Positions 46,415 to 54,270 of a stretch of DNA of 64,000 nt are shown in pieces. A program made the translations under genes and the position numbers. This stretch comes from a virus (taxonomy: Duplodnaviria; Heunggongvirae; Uroviricota; Caudoviricetes), in IMG/VR virus record IMGVR_UViG_3300025072_002801; one strand, written 5' to 3'. Position 1 is the stretch's first letter, and each line of letters starts with the position of its first letter. The notes under the pieces are model-generated. The model saw only the letters and a program-made list of their open reading frames with translations, had not been told where the DNA came from and ran no database searches.

Positions 46415-47336
46415 ACTTCTTTAGTTTTGTCATTGTTTCGTCGTCAATGGGTGGACCACCTTCTCCTCCATCCAATGTTTCATCTGGTGATGGTTCAGGA
46501 CCGTCAAGATCAAGATCGCCATCATCCTCATCTTCGCCATCCATGTCAAGGTCGTCATCATCGTCTTCATCTTCGTCATCATGTTCGTGATCTAAATCAT
46601 GATCATCTTCTGGTCCGTTTCCCATGGTGTCATCATCGCCATGGACATCTCCCATTCCATCATCTTCATCTTCTTTGTCTTTATGTAAAGGTGGTCCAAC
46701 GGCTTCAAGCATTTTTACTTCAAGAGCCTCAACAAAATTAGCTTTCAATAGTTCGTTTTCAGCCAAAGCTTTGACTAGAGCGGAGTGTGCGTCTGGCACA
46801 GAAAGCATTGCTTCTGCAACGATTCCCAAGCTCCCGGCTCTTTTAGCTTCTCTAATTAGGTCTTTAAGTGCAATTGGATTGGATGCAACATATTTAACAG
46901 CCTCGAATTCTATTCCGCCACGAGTGGTTCTTTCCGCCATGAAAGTGGTGAATTCCTGAGTTGACATGTCTTTGGTAGCATCAATGAACTGCTCAGTTTG
47001 AGTTTTAGGCCAACTTGACTTCTTGCTTCCGCCTTCTTTGTCAGTTACGGCTTCTGTGCCAGGAGTGTAAATAAGCTTTTTGTCTCCTTCGTCTCCAAAC
47101 CCTTTTTCGGCTTTTGCCAAACCGGGATCTGTTCCAGGTCCAGAATATGGGCTTGGCGAGCCCGCAGGCTTCTTTTTGCCCTTACTGTCGGCTGATTCTG
47201 GCCATGCACCACTTTTTTGTGGGCTGTTTGGTTTTGGACCTTTATAATCAGCAACCTTTTCTACAGGTGCTTTTTCCAATGTTTTTCCAGTCGAACTCAT
47301 ATATTCGTTAAAGGATGGGAATTTTTCTTCTGACAT
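46398..47336 (-). CDS. Acidic scaffold/core-like protein
   Basis: GGAG RBS; 'KFPSFNEYMS' N-terminus; long D/E/H-rich C-terminal tract. Confidence 0.65.
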   Translation of the reverse strand: MSEEKFPSFNEYMSSTGKTLEKAPVEKVADYKGPKPNSPQKSGAWPESADSKGKKKPAGSPSPYSGPGTDPGLAKAEKGFGDEGDKKLIYTPGTEAVTDKEGGSKKSSWPKTQTEQFIDATKDMSTQEFTTFMAERTTRGGIEFEAVKYVASNPIALKDLIREAKRAGSLGIVAEAMLSVPDAHSALVKALAENELLKANFVEALEVKMLEAVGPPLHKDKEDEDDGMGDVHGDDDTMGNGPEDDHDLDHEHDDEDEDDDDDLDMDGEDEDDGDLDLDGPEPSPDETLDGGEGGPPIDDETMTKLKKFMKGL

Positions 47337-47410
47337 TTGTTTTCTCCTGCTTCGACCTTATTTGGATTGAAGATGATTTATTGTATATAATCTAGTAATT
47401 TTATTATTTT

Positions 47411-47581
47411 CTACTCTGCTGGAATTATTACCCACATTAGTAAATAAAGCAATGGCCCAACTCCTGCAAACAAAAATGCAGCCAAAAACGCTATTCGTAC
47501 CAATGATGTATCAATTTTGAAGTGATTTGCAATACCAGAGCAAACTCCACCTAATATGCTGTTTGATGTATCTCGTTTCAT
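47411..47581 (-). CDS. pspC: PspC-domain membrane protein (56 aa, not in the ORF track)
   Basis: MKRDTSNSILGGVCSGIANHFKIDTSLVRIAFLAAFLFAGVGPLLYLLMWVIIPAE; AGGAG RBS. Confidence 0.88.
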   Translation of the reverse strand: MKRDTSNSILGGVCSGIANHFKIDTSLVRIAFLAAFLFAGVGPLLYLLMWVIIPAE

Positions 47582-47626
47582 ATTAAAACTCCTTTATTTT
47601 ATATATTATAGTAAATAAATATCTGT

Positions 47627-48874
47627 ATGACTAAAATTCCTATTCGTAAATTGATGGCTCGTAAAATCCTCATGAGAAAGAGGCAACAAGAGTTGTCTAG
47701 GCTCAAAGCATTTTATAGACTTCAGAATAAGCATGGTTTGTTTAATTTGACAGGAGACACATCTTGCTTTGATTGTTGTGGGTGTTGCGATACTGTATGT
47801 GATTGTGCGGAAATTACAGATTCATTCACAGATTCAAACGGAACTGCACTTACGGCTCATACAACTGATTCAGGTCATGATTGGATTGCTGTTCAGGATG
47901 ATGCAACTACTATTGAAAGTAATAAGGCAGAGTCAGACTCAGCATTTCCTGGTTTGGACGATAATGGATATTGGATTGATATTGGATGCGTTGATCATGA
48001 TGTGTCGGCAACAATATCTAATTCGTCTACATGCCCATCTGGAATTATTGTTAGAGGGACTGGAACTGGCCCAGATTTCATAGCAGTTATTGTAACTAAT
48101 GAATGTTCGGGAAGTGATTGGGAGGTTCAGGTTGCTTCTGTTGCTGACGGAATGTTTGGATACGAATACACATCAATTTATTCTGCGTCAACGTCAAATC
48201 TTTCAAGTTCAACTTTTGATCTAAGATGCAGAATTTATGATGGAACAATAAAAGTGTGGCTTGATGGGAGTTTAGAAATAGATGAAGTTACAACAGGGGC
48301 TATGTTTCCAACTACGGGAACTTATGTTGGGATTGTGTCACTATACCCTTCCGCGACTTCTATTACGTGGGATGATTTTAGTGCTAAAGTTTCCATCTGT
48401 GATCAAGAGGTTTGTGGATCTCCATCCTGCGAATGGCCAATCACATTTGATGTAGAGGGTCGTAATTTTACAAATGGAAGCTGCTCTGTTTGCACTACTT
48501 ATCTCAATGCAAGGTACGAAGTTACATATCAAGGGGCTTTTGATTGTAGTGGAACAGATTACGAAATATGGAGTTCTGTAGACGATGTGTTTGGTTCGCC
48601 TGGAGGATGCAGCAATGCATTGGACGATAGAAAGTACCATGTGCTTGTTGATGTTTCGGGGTGTACGCTTGAGGTCTTGTTGATCAACAACACAGATGAT
48701 CCCTGTAGCGGGTGCTGTAGTCCTTCGGACCCGATACGTGGAGCTTCTGGAAATTTTGCATCTGTTACTTGCACAGGTGAAATCCAAGCAGATCCATTTG
48801 GAATATCTTCTTGGTATGATTTTGGAATTTGTCCATCAGATGGTGATTGGTATGTCCATCCTAATGGGACTTAA
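47627..48874 (+). CDS. Cys/Ser/Thr/Gly-rich putative virion protein
   Basis: TAAATA 5 nt before the ATG; 'CFDCCGCCDTVCDC', a beta-rich middle and many further Cys. Confidence 0.65.
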   Translation: MTKIPIRKLMARKILMRKRQQELSRLKAFYRLQNKHGLFNLTGDTSCFDCCGCCDTVCDCAEITDSFTDSNGTALTAHTTDSGHDWIAVQDDATTIESNKAESDSAFPGLDDNGYWIDIGCVDHDVSATISNSSTCPSGIIVRGTGTGPDFIAVIVTNECSGSDWEVQVASVADGMFGYEYTSIYSASTSNLSSSTFDLRCRIYDGTIKVWLDGSLEIDEVTTGAMFPTTGTYVGIVSLYPSATSITWDDFSAKVSICDQEVCGSPSCEWPITFDVEGRNFTNGSCSVCTTYLNARYEVTYQGAFDCSGTDYEIWSSVDDVFGSPGGCSNALDDRKYHVLVDVSGCTLEVLLINNTDDPCSGCCSPSDPIRGASGNFASVTCTGEIQADPFGISSWYDFGICPSDGDWYVHPNGT

Positions 48875-49023
48875 ATTTTTTTTGCAACGTAAATAATTGT
48901 TAGTGTTGCCACTAGAATTATTGCAAACATTGGAATTGCCCATTCGTCAATTCCTAGATCGTGTAATGTGCTGTAGTAGAGGTATTTCATTTTGTTCATT
49001 TAATTTTCCTTAATCGTCAATTG

Positions 49024-49254
49024 TTAATTGTCGCCTTTATCATAATCGTCAAAATCTTCTGCATTCAAAAAAGGAAAGCCTGGATGAGGGGGGTGTTCTG
49101 GCGGAGGTGGAGGAGTGGGTGTGAAACCTAAACGAAAAATCCACACCATCGCAAACATTATTATGAATGGCATTATGTCCTTCTTCAAAATCGTAAGGAT
49201 ACATAAGCTTATTGCTCCAGCAATCAAAAGAGTCATAAGTACAATGTCAATCAT
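49024..49254 (-). CDS. Two-TM membrane protein with a Pro-rich tail
   Basis: Hydrophobic segments followed by 'PTPPPPPEHPPHP'. Confidence 0.6.
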   Translation of the reverse strand: MIDIVLMTLLIAGAISLCILTILKKDIMPFIIMFAMVWIFRLGFTPTPPPPPEHPPHPGFPFLNAEDFDDYDKGDN

Positions 49255-49519
49255 TTCCCTTTTTATCCTTAATCTCTATGTCTTCCTCCCCCAAGTAAGC
49301 ATAGTCAGAAAGTTTGCTTAACTCGTCCATCAGCCAACCTTCATCACCGATATGCTGATTGTTGAGTTCCGCTAATTTATCGGCGTAAGCCAATACGAAT
49401 TCATACTTATTCACTTTCTTCTCCTTGACTATTGACCGAGAATCACTTATCTGACATAAATCTTCTGACAATTCCCATTTTATGAAGTATAATGGAGTAT
49501 GACCACAGGAAAACGCCAA
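49247..49519 (-). CDS. Hypothetical protein (start uncertain)
   Basis: ORF coupled to the downstream membrane gene. Confidence 0.4.
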   Translation of the reverse strand: MAFSCGHTPLYFIKWELSEDLCQISDSRSIVKEKKVNKYEFVLAYADKLAELNNQHIGDEGWLMDELSKLSDYAYLGEEDIEIKDKKGND

Positions 49520-49924
49520 TTTTATGGACCATTAGAAGCAAAAGACCTAACCTGTTATGGTGGCGTAAGTGCTTTGGCAGACAGCCTTTCGCTCAAAACG
49601 GGGCTGATTAAGCCGTTGGTTAAGGGCGATCCTTCCAGATTCGAATATTTTGTGTGCGTTTACAAAGAAAATGTTGTCGGATGGCTTGTTAGGTCTAAAG
49701 ATTACTACGGATTTCCAATGATCTTTGTCACCACACTGTACAGAGAACAGGGAATAGGCAAAAAATTGGTCGAGTTGTATCGAACAAAATATCTTAAAAA
49801 AAACGACCATGGACGGGGCTGGGACAGAAGATCAAAGAGTTTTTGGAGCAAAGTTGATGGGAAATACCTCGATAATGACAATCAGAGCATTATTCAGGTT
49901 GACAAGTTTGCCAAATCTTACTAG
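49499..49924 (+). CDS. GNAT-family acetyltransferase
   Basis: Motif A 'IFVTTLYREQGIGKKLV'. Confidence 0.72.
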   Translation: MTTGKRQFYGPLEAKDLTCYGGVSALADSLSLKTGLIKPLVKGDPSRFEYFVCVYKENVVGWLVRSKDYYGFPMIFVTTLYREQGIGKKLVELYRTKYLKKNDHGRGWDRRSKSFWSKVDGKYLDNDNQSIIQVDKFAKSY

Positions 49925-49927
49925 AGT
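49899..49927 (+). promoter_or_regulatory. Sigma70-type promoter
   Basis: TTGACA-N17-TAGAGT. Confidence 0.65.
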
Positions 49928-49932
49928 TTGAT

Positions 49933-50035
49933 AGATGAAACAAAAAAAGAGACAGTGAGCATACCCGCCCCCCCAATGCTCGCCAGTCTCGGTGACGACC
50001 GCAAGACCTCCTTCCTAGCGGTCGTCACTTCCTAC
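49933..50035 (+). ncRNA. Putative structured RNA or leader with two C-rich loops
   Basis: GAGAC..GAGCAT-[ACCCGCCCCCCCA]-ATGCTC..GTCTC; GTGACGACCGC-[AAGACCTCCTTCCTA]-GCGGTCGTCAC. Confidence 0.5.
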
Positions 50036-50054
50036 AAACAAATGAGAGAGTTTT

Positions 50055-50345
50055 GTGATGAAAAGAATTTTTGCTATCGTTATGTTAACTTTGTGTGTGT
50101 GTGGTTGTAGACCAGCAGAGGTTACTGAGCCAGAAGTCATTACCCCAGTTTCTAGTCAGATTGTGCCAGATGATTTTGTTGCACATGGTCCAATTCCTCC
50201 TGCCCCAGAAATTCCAGAATCTAGAATGCTTACTCAAGAAGAAATGGATGCATCTATTAAAAGTTTTACAGATGCATTGCACGCAGAGGTTCAAGAAGCT
50301 AAAAAGACAATGGAACTTCTTCCAAAAGAAACAGATAGGAAATAA
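50055..50345 (+). CDS. Putative lipoprotein
   Basis: Signal 'MMKRIFAIVMLTLCVCG-C'. Confidence 0.65.
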   Translation: MMKRIFAIVMLTLCVCGCRPAEVTEPEVITPVSSQIVPDDFVAHGPIPPAPEIPESRMLTQEEMDASIKSFTDALHAEVQEAKKTMELLPKETDRK

Positions 50346-50346
50346 A

Positions 50347-50544
50347 ATGAAATTGGTAGGACTGCTGTTAATTTTGTTTGGCTTTCTCTATGGTATTTGG
50401 TTGTACTTTATATGTCCAGTGCCAGTAACAGAGCCAACATCTATGTTTTGGTGTGAGATGTATCATCTTTGGTACAACCTTTATCATCACATAGGGGTTG
50501 TGGCGTGCATGATTGTAGGGCAGGTGCTTGTGGCTTCAAAGTAA
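50347..50544 (+). CDS. Small membrane protein
   Basis: Two hydrophobic segments; AGGA RBS. Confidence 0.55.
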   Translation: MKLVGLLLILFGFLYGIWLYFICPVPVTEPTSMFWCEMYHLWYNLYHHIGVVACMIVGQVLVASK

Positions 50545-50652
50545 GAATGGGTTAGGTGCAATGCCTAGCTTGCTCGCATGCTCACCGCAAGCGAGAATCG
50601 GCACCAACTCCTGGTTCCAGGGGTTGGTGCAATTTTATAGGAGGAACCAACA

Positions 50653-50886
50653 ATGAGTGATGAAACTGATGGTGGCGGTTGTGGATGCATAATTTTTATC
50701 ATCTTGTTTTTGTGCATTTGGAGAGGTTGCGATATGGCTCAAGAAAATGAAAACAAGATTGAAGATCTAGAGCAAAAAATAGAACAGATGGAGCAGACAG
50801 AGCGGGTGTGGAGTAATCCTACGTGCCAGCCAGTGGAGCAGACAGAGCCAACAGAGCAGGTGGGGCAGGGTGGATGGACAAATTAG
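50653..50886 (+). CDS. Membrane-anchored coiled-coil protein
   Basis: GGAGG RBS; TM segment followed by an E/Q-rich helix. Confidence 0.6.
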   Translation: MSDETDGGGCGCIIFIILFLCIWRGCDMAQENENKIEDLEQKIEQMEQTERVWSNPTCQPVEQTEPTEQVGQGGWTN

Positions 50887-51059
50887 CGAGTTACGTAACA
50901 TCAATATTTTTGACTATTGTAGGGTCATGCATGGCATGGTCTGCTGTTAGTATAGGCATTTCTGGAGACATTCCATTTGCAATACTTGGTTCTACTCTTG
51001 GGTTATTTATGGCGTTTTTTGGAGTAAGGTTACTTTACGAACTTTTTCGTGGCGATTAA
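50874..51059 (+). CDS. Small two-TM membrane protein
   Basis: Hydrophobic ORF with a coupled start. Confidence 0.55.
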   Translation: MDKLASYVTSIFLTIVGSCMAWSAVSIGISGDIPFAILGSTLGLFMAFFGVRLLYELFRGD

Positions 51060-51065
51060 ATATTA

Positions 51066-51094
51066 TTGACAAATTAGCGACTGTGGAGTATACT
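51066..51094 (+). promoter_or_regulatory. Near-consensus sigma70 promoter
   Basis: TTGACA-N17-TATACT, 6 nt before ATG 51101. Confidence 0.85.
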
Positions 51095-51100
51095 TAATAT

Positions 51101-51289
51101 ATGAGCAGAACTAATAAGGGAAGCAAAGGACCAGGATATGATTACTGGAGTCGTCGTTACGGCAATGGCTCTGGAATGAATTGTCCTAGTACAAAACAAG
51201 GAAAACATAATTCAGAGAATACCAAGAGAATTACCAATAGGGCTGAACGTCGTATTGCAAAGAATTCAATTGATCGTTCGATGGATTAG
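51101..51289 (+). CDS. Small basic protein
   Basis: Leaderless start; 'MSRTNKGSKGPGYDYWSRR'. Confidence 0.6.
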   Translation: MSRTNKGSKGPGYDYWSRRYGNGSGMNCPSTKQGKHNSENTKRITNRAERRIAKNSIDRSMD

Positions 51290-51342
51290 CTCACCTGCCA
51301 TGTGTAGGATGAGTAACGAAACCGTTTCGGCGGTTTCAGCAA

Positions 51343-51702
51343 GGGGATGAATTGGTTTCGACTTGCTATTTAACCCACAAATTGCGTGCAGTGGTTGGCC
51401 AGATGGCCACTTAAAAATCTGGCTTACATTTTTATTTGTTACAAATGAAAATTTTTCAATGGCTGCTTAGAAATAAGTAACCCAGGACAATGAACCCTTA
51501 GTTAATGGGGTCTGAAGTCTTGTCGCAAAAATTGACTACTCTCAAAGTCTTGTGAATACGCTTTGAGTAAGATTAGATTTTACTGGCCTTAAAACAGCTT
51601 TGTTCTTGTGCTGTGACTAGGTAAGATTGAACAAGAAATACGCACGTAGACATTTGTGAAGTTTGTAGTTAAGGACGAGGATTTCGATGTCCTCCATCTC
51701 CA
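51343..51702 (+). ncRNA. ssrA: tmRNA
   Basis: 5' GGGGATGAATTGGTTTCGAC; 3' T-arm GAGGA-TTTCGATG-TCCTC and CATCTCCA; G3-U70 alanine identity pair; tag ORF 51438-51470 (VTNENFSMAA*); 360 nt. Confidence 0.93.
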
Positions 51703-51706
51703 CTAT

Positions 51707-51743
51707 AAACGCCGACCATCTTTGTAGATGGTCGGCGTTTTTT
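51707..51743 (+). terminator. Intrinsic terminator after tmRNA
   Basis: AAACGCCGACCATCT-TTGT-AGATGGTCGGCGTTT followed by a T-run. Confidence 0.88.
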
Positions 51744-51765
51744 ATTTTAAATACTAATTTAGATT

Positions 51766-52752
51766 ATGAAAATAGCCTTCATTCAAAATGACCTTGCCAA
51801 TTCTGGTGGCACAAGAGGGATCAACAAAAACATATCAATCCTCAAAGAGTGTGGTCACGAAGTGGATGTGTTCGCGTCCTGCGAATCAAACTGCGAAGAA
51901 TGGGAACATCCTTTAATTCATTTTAAAAATAGAGTCCTAAAGCAAGACAAGACAGACTTGTCTGAAAGAGACTTTTCTGAATACGACCTGATTGTAAGTG
52001 CTGGGTTATCGTCTCTTTTTGAGGTGGAGTTAATTAAGCATGACAATACAGTTCACTTCTGTCAGATGTATGACAAACTCATACAGCCTCAGTTCAATGA
52101 GATAATAGACAGGCTTTATGACAAGACAAGGTTTATTGTGCATAATGAGCCATTGAAGAAGATTCTTAAGGCTAAGCATGATTGTGAAGTGGTTAAGATT
52201 CCATATGGAATTGATTTCGACAAGTTCAACCAACATAGCGATTTAAATAAAAATTTTAAACGCCCCACATTAGTGTTTTTGGCTTCGTATTTCAACATTC
52301 TTAAAGACATTCCATTGATGCAGGAAGTGTTCAAGAGGATGAAGGGATGGAACACTAGATTGGTAGCTGCTCAGAAGAATGATGATTTAATTTGCGATGA
52401 GTTTTTCTTTGATCCACCATTTGCCGAAAAGTGCGAATTAATCGCTTCATCTACGATAATGCTACACACAAGCAAGTTTGAGACATGGTGCCGTGTTATA
52501 GCGGAGAGCATGTGTCTAGGAACGCCAGTTGTGGGCGTCAACTCTCGTGGTCCTAAAGAATACGCCACAGATGACAATTGTGTTCTGCTGGACGAAAGAG
52601 ATCCTGATTTGATTGTTAAAAATATAAACGCCCTATACGAAGATAAGGTGAGGTATTACAATATGATCCAAAATGGCTTTGATACAATGAGAGATTTGGA
52701 TTGGGGTGTTATCTCTGACGACATTGAGGCTGTATATAAAGGATTAAGTTGA
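51766..52752 (+). CDS. GT-B glycosyltransferase (GT4/group 1)
   Basis: 'NSGGTRG', 'IPYGID', 'FETWCRVIAESMCLGTPVV'. Confidence 0.85.
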   Translation: MKIAFIQNDLANSGGTRGINKNISILKECGHEVDVFASCESNCEEWEHPLIHFKNRVLKQDKTDLSERDFSEYDLIVSAGLSSLFEVELIKHDNTVHFCQMYDKLIQPQFNEIIDRLYDKTRFIVHNEPLKKILKAKHDCEVVKIPYGIDFDKFNQHSDLNKNFKRPTLVFLASYFNILKDIPLMQEVFKRMKGWNTRLVAAQKNDDLICDEFFFDPPFAEKCELIASSTIMLHTSKFETWCRVIAESMCLGTPVVGVNSRGPKEYATDDNCVLLDERDPDLIVKNINALYEDKVRYYNMIQNGFDTMRDLDWGVISDDIEAVYKGLS

Positions 52753-53040
52753 GAATATGAATTCAAACCCATGGGTTTGAATGAAGTAGGCTGGGCTCCT
52801 TTCCCACACACTTTTGAAGAAAGCGTGATCTTTATTTCCTGATAGCCAGCCATCTAATGTTTCGTCTTCATCTAATAAAGGAGACACATCGCAGGCAGAT
52901 TCGAATTCTTCTTTTGTGACAGGCTGTTTTTTAGCCATCATTTCCTGCCAATTATCCTCTCCACCACATTTTCTCAATCGGTCACATTGTCCGATGTATC
53001 GAAATTTTGATGTATTTTCTAGCCACAGTTTGAATTTCAT
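52744..53040 (-). CDS. Small protein with a capsid-targeting-like N-terminus
   Basis: 'MKFKLWLENT'; TAAATA 5 nt before the ATG. Confidence 0.68.
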   Translation of the reverse strand: MKFKLWLENTSKFRYIGQCDRLRKCGGEDNWQEMMAKKQPVTKEEFESACDVSPLLDEDETLDGWLSGNKDHAFFKSVWERSPAYFIQTHGFEFIFST

Positions 53041-53072
53041 GTATTTATTTAGTCAATAGGCTAGATATGTGT

Positions 53073-53381
53073 ATGAAAAGTTTCCAACAACATATCGTAG
53101 AATTAGACTCCACAGGGCAAAATCCAAGTAATGCTGGGGCTGCACCTGCTGGTGCTCAAGCTGCTCCACCAGAAAACGACATGCGTTACGCAAACAAAAG
53201 CGTAGGAGCCATGGGAGCTAAAGAAGATTACTTCTTATCACAATTGCAGGCAAAGGCATCAACTCTCGATCCAAATCAGAGATTTAAGATTTTGGGAGAT
53301 GTAATTATGACTTTGTATCCAGACGCAGGCGAAAGAATGAGATACGTAAATCTTCTTAGGCAGCAAACCCAAGCAGGATAA
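53073..53381 (+). CDS. Small protein with a capsid-targeting-like N-terminus
   Basis: 'MKSFQQHIVELD'; TAGATA 5 nt before ATG 53073. Confidence 0.65.
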   Translation: MKSFQQHIVELDSTGQNPSNAGAAPAGAQAAPPENDMRYANKSVGAMGAKEDYFLSQLQAKASTLDPNQRFKILGDVIMTLYPDAGERMRYVNLLRQQTQAG

Positions 53382-53389
53382 TTTTAAAG

Positions 53390-53770
53390 ATGAAATTCAA
53401 AGAGTGGCTGTTCAGTGAATCAGTGAGGCATAAGTCTGTGGGCTTCTTGCGATTCAAGAAGCCCCCTGTTGTCGTTGTCGAGGTAGACAAGGATATAGTT
53501 GAATATTATGTTAAGCTTATCCCTAAGAACGTTTCTTACACCATTCCAACCGCTCCTCCTCATATAGTCGTTTCTGACTCCGAGAAAATACAGGGCAATT
53601 GGGGTAATCTAGAGGGAAAGAAGACTTCCTTTGAATATGAAAATTATGTACATTCAGACAAAGATCACTTTTGGCTAAATGCATATTCTGATACAATAGG
53701 TGAGATTAGAGATATGTTGGGATTGCCTAATGTGTCGAGCTACAAAATCATCATTGCTAATAAGGGCTAG
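53390..53770 (+). CDS. Protein with a capsid-targeting-like N-terminus; possible degenerate 2H phosphoesterase
   Basis: 'MKFKEWLFSE'; one 'PPHIVV' motif, with the second His motif not evident. Confidence 0.5.
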   Translation: MKFKEWLFSESVRHKSVGFLRFKKPPVVVVEVDKDIVEYYVKLIPKNVSYTIPTAPPHIVVSDSEKIQGNWGNLEGKKTSFEYENYVHSDKDHFWLNAYSDTIGEIRDMLGLPNVSSYKIIIANKG

Positions 53771-53774
53771 TATT

Positions 53775-54119
53775 ATGGGCATCGGTCCATTTAGAAGATC
53801 TTCTTCCGGCGTTTCTGCGCCCGCTCCAAACCCCAATCCTGATAAGTACGAAATCATTACAGTAAAAGAGGAAGGTAATGTCGTAATGATTGAGCTTAAG
53901 TACGAAGATTGTACGACATACGAGGGGCGTAAATTATTAGTTTATTATGGCGTTACTGTAGCTGATTTATGGAAGCAAGGATCTTTAGATCCGCATTTCA
54001 CAGACAGAGCAGATGTCATTTCCCCCGTTGCCAGATTGCGACCAAATGCTTTGGGGTGGATATTGGCTGAGTCATTGGCAGATGATCTTAATGGAATGAT
54101 GAGTGATGACAACAAGTAG
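53775..54119 (+). CDS. Hypothetical protein
   Basis: 'KYEDCTTYEGRKLLVY', 'LDPHF', 'PVARLRP'. Confidence 0.65.
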   Translation: MGIGPFRRSSSGVSAPAPNPNPDKYEIITVKEEGNVVMIELKYEDCTTYEGRKLLVYYGVTVADLWKQGSLDPHFTDRADVISPVARLRPNALGWILAESLADDLNGMMSDDNK

Positions 54120-54270
54120 AGCAATGTATTCTTGGTGCATATTTAGCAAGAATGATTGTCTTTTATTTTCTCATGCTATGCGAGCAAGTCGGACTTCCTG
54201 GTCGCTGAATAATTCGTGGTGCAAGTATGTTGGTGAGGAAAATCATTTTTTATGGTGGGCGGAACAGTGA
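54106..54270 (+). CDS. WxxY-array member (54 aa, not in the ORF track)
   Basis: MTTSRAMYSWCIF...TSWSLNNSWCKYVGEE; aligns with ORF 54863. Confidence 0.6.
   Translation: MTTSRAMYSWCIFSKNDCLLFSHAMRASRTSWSLNNSWCKYVGEENHFLWWAEQ

Noticed and set aside
46427-46741. His/Arg-rich plus-strand ORF
   Set aside because: It is the antisense shadow of the Asp/Glu-rich tract of the 46398-47336 gene.
50545-50635. tRNA gene
   Set aside because: A T-loop-like GGTGCAATGCC is present, but there is no cloverleaf, acceptor stem or anticodon arm.
51290-51342. Possible hammerhead ribozyme upstream of the tmRNA (GATGAG...CGAAAC)
   Set aside because: The core reads AGGATGA instead of CUGAUGA, there is no real stem II, and GAAACCGT-TTCG-GCGGTTTC folds as a simple hairpin.
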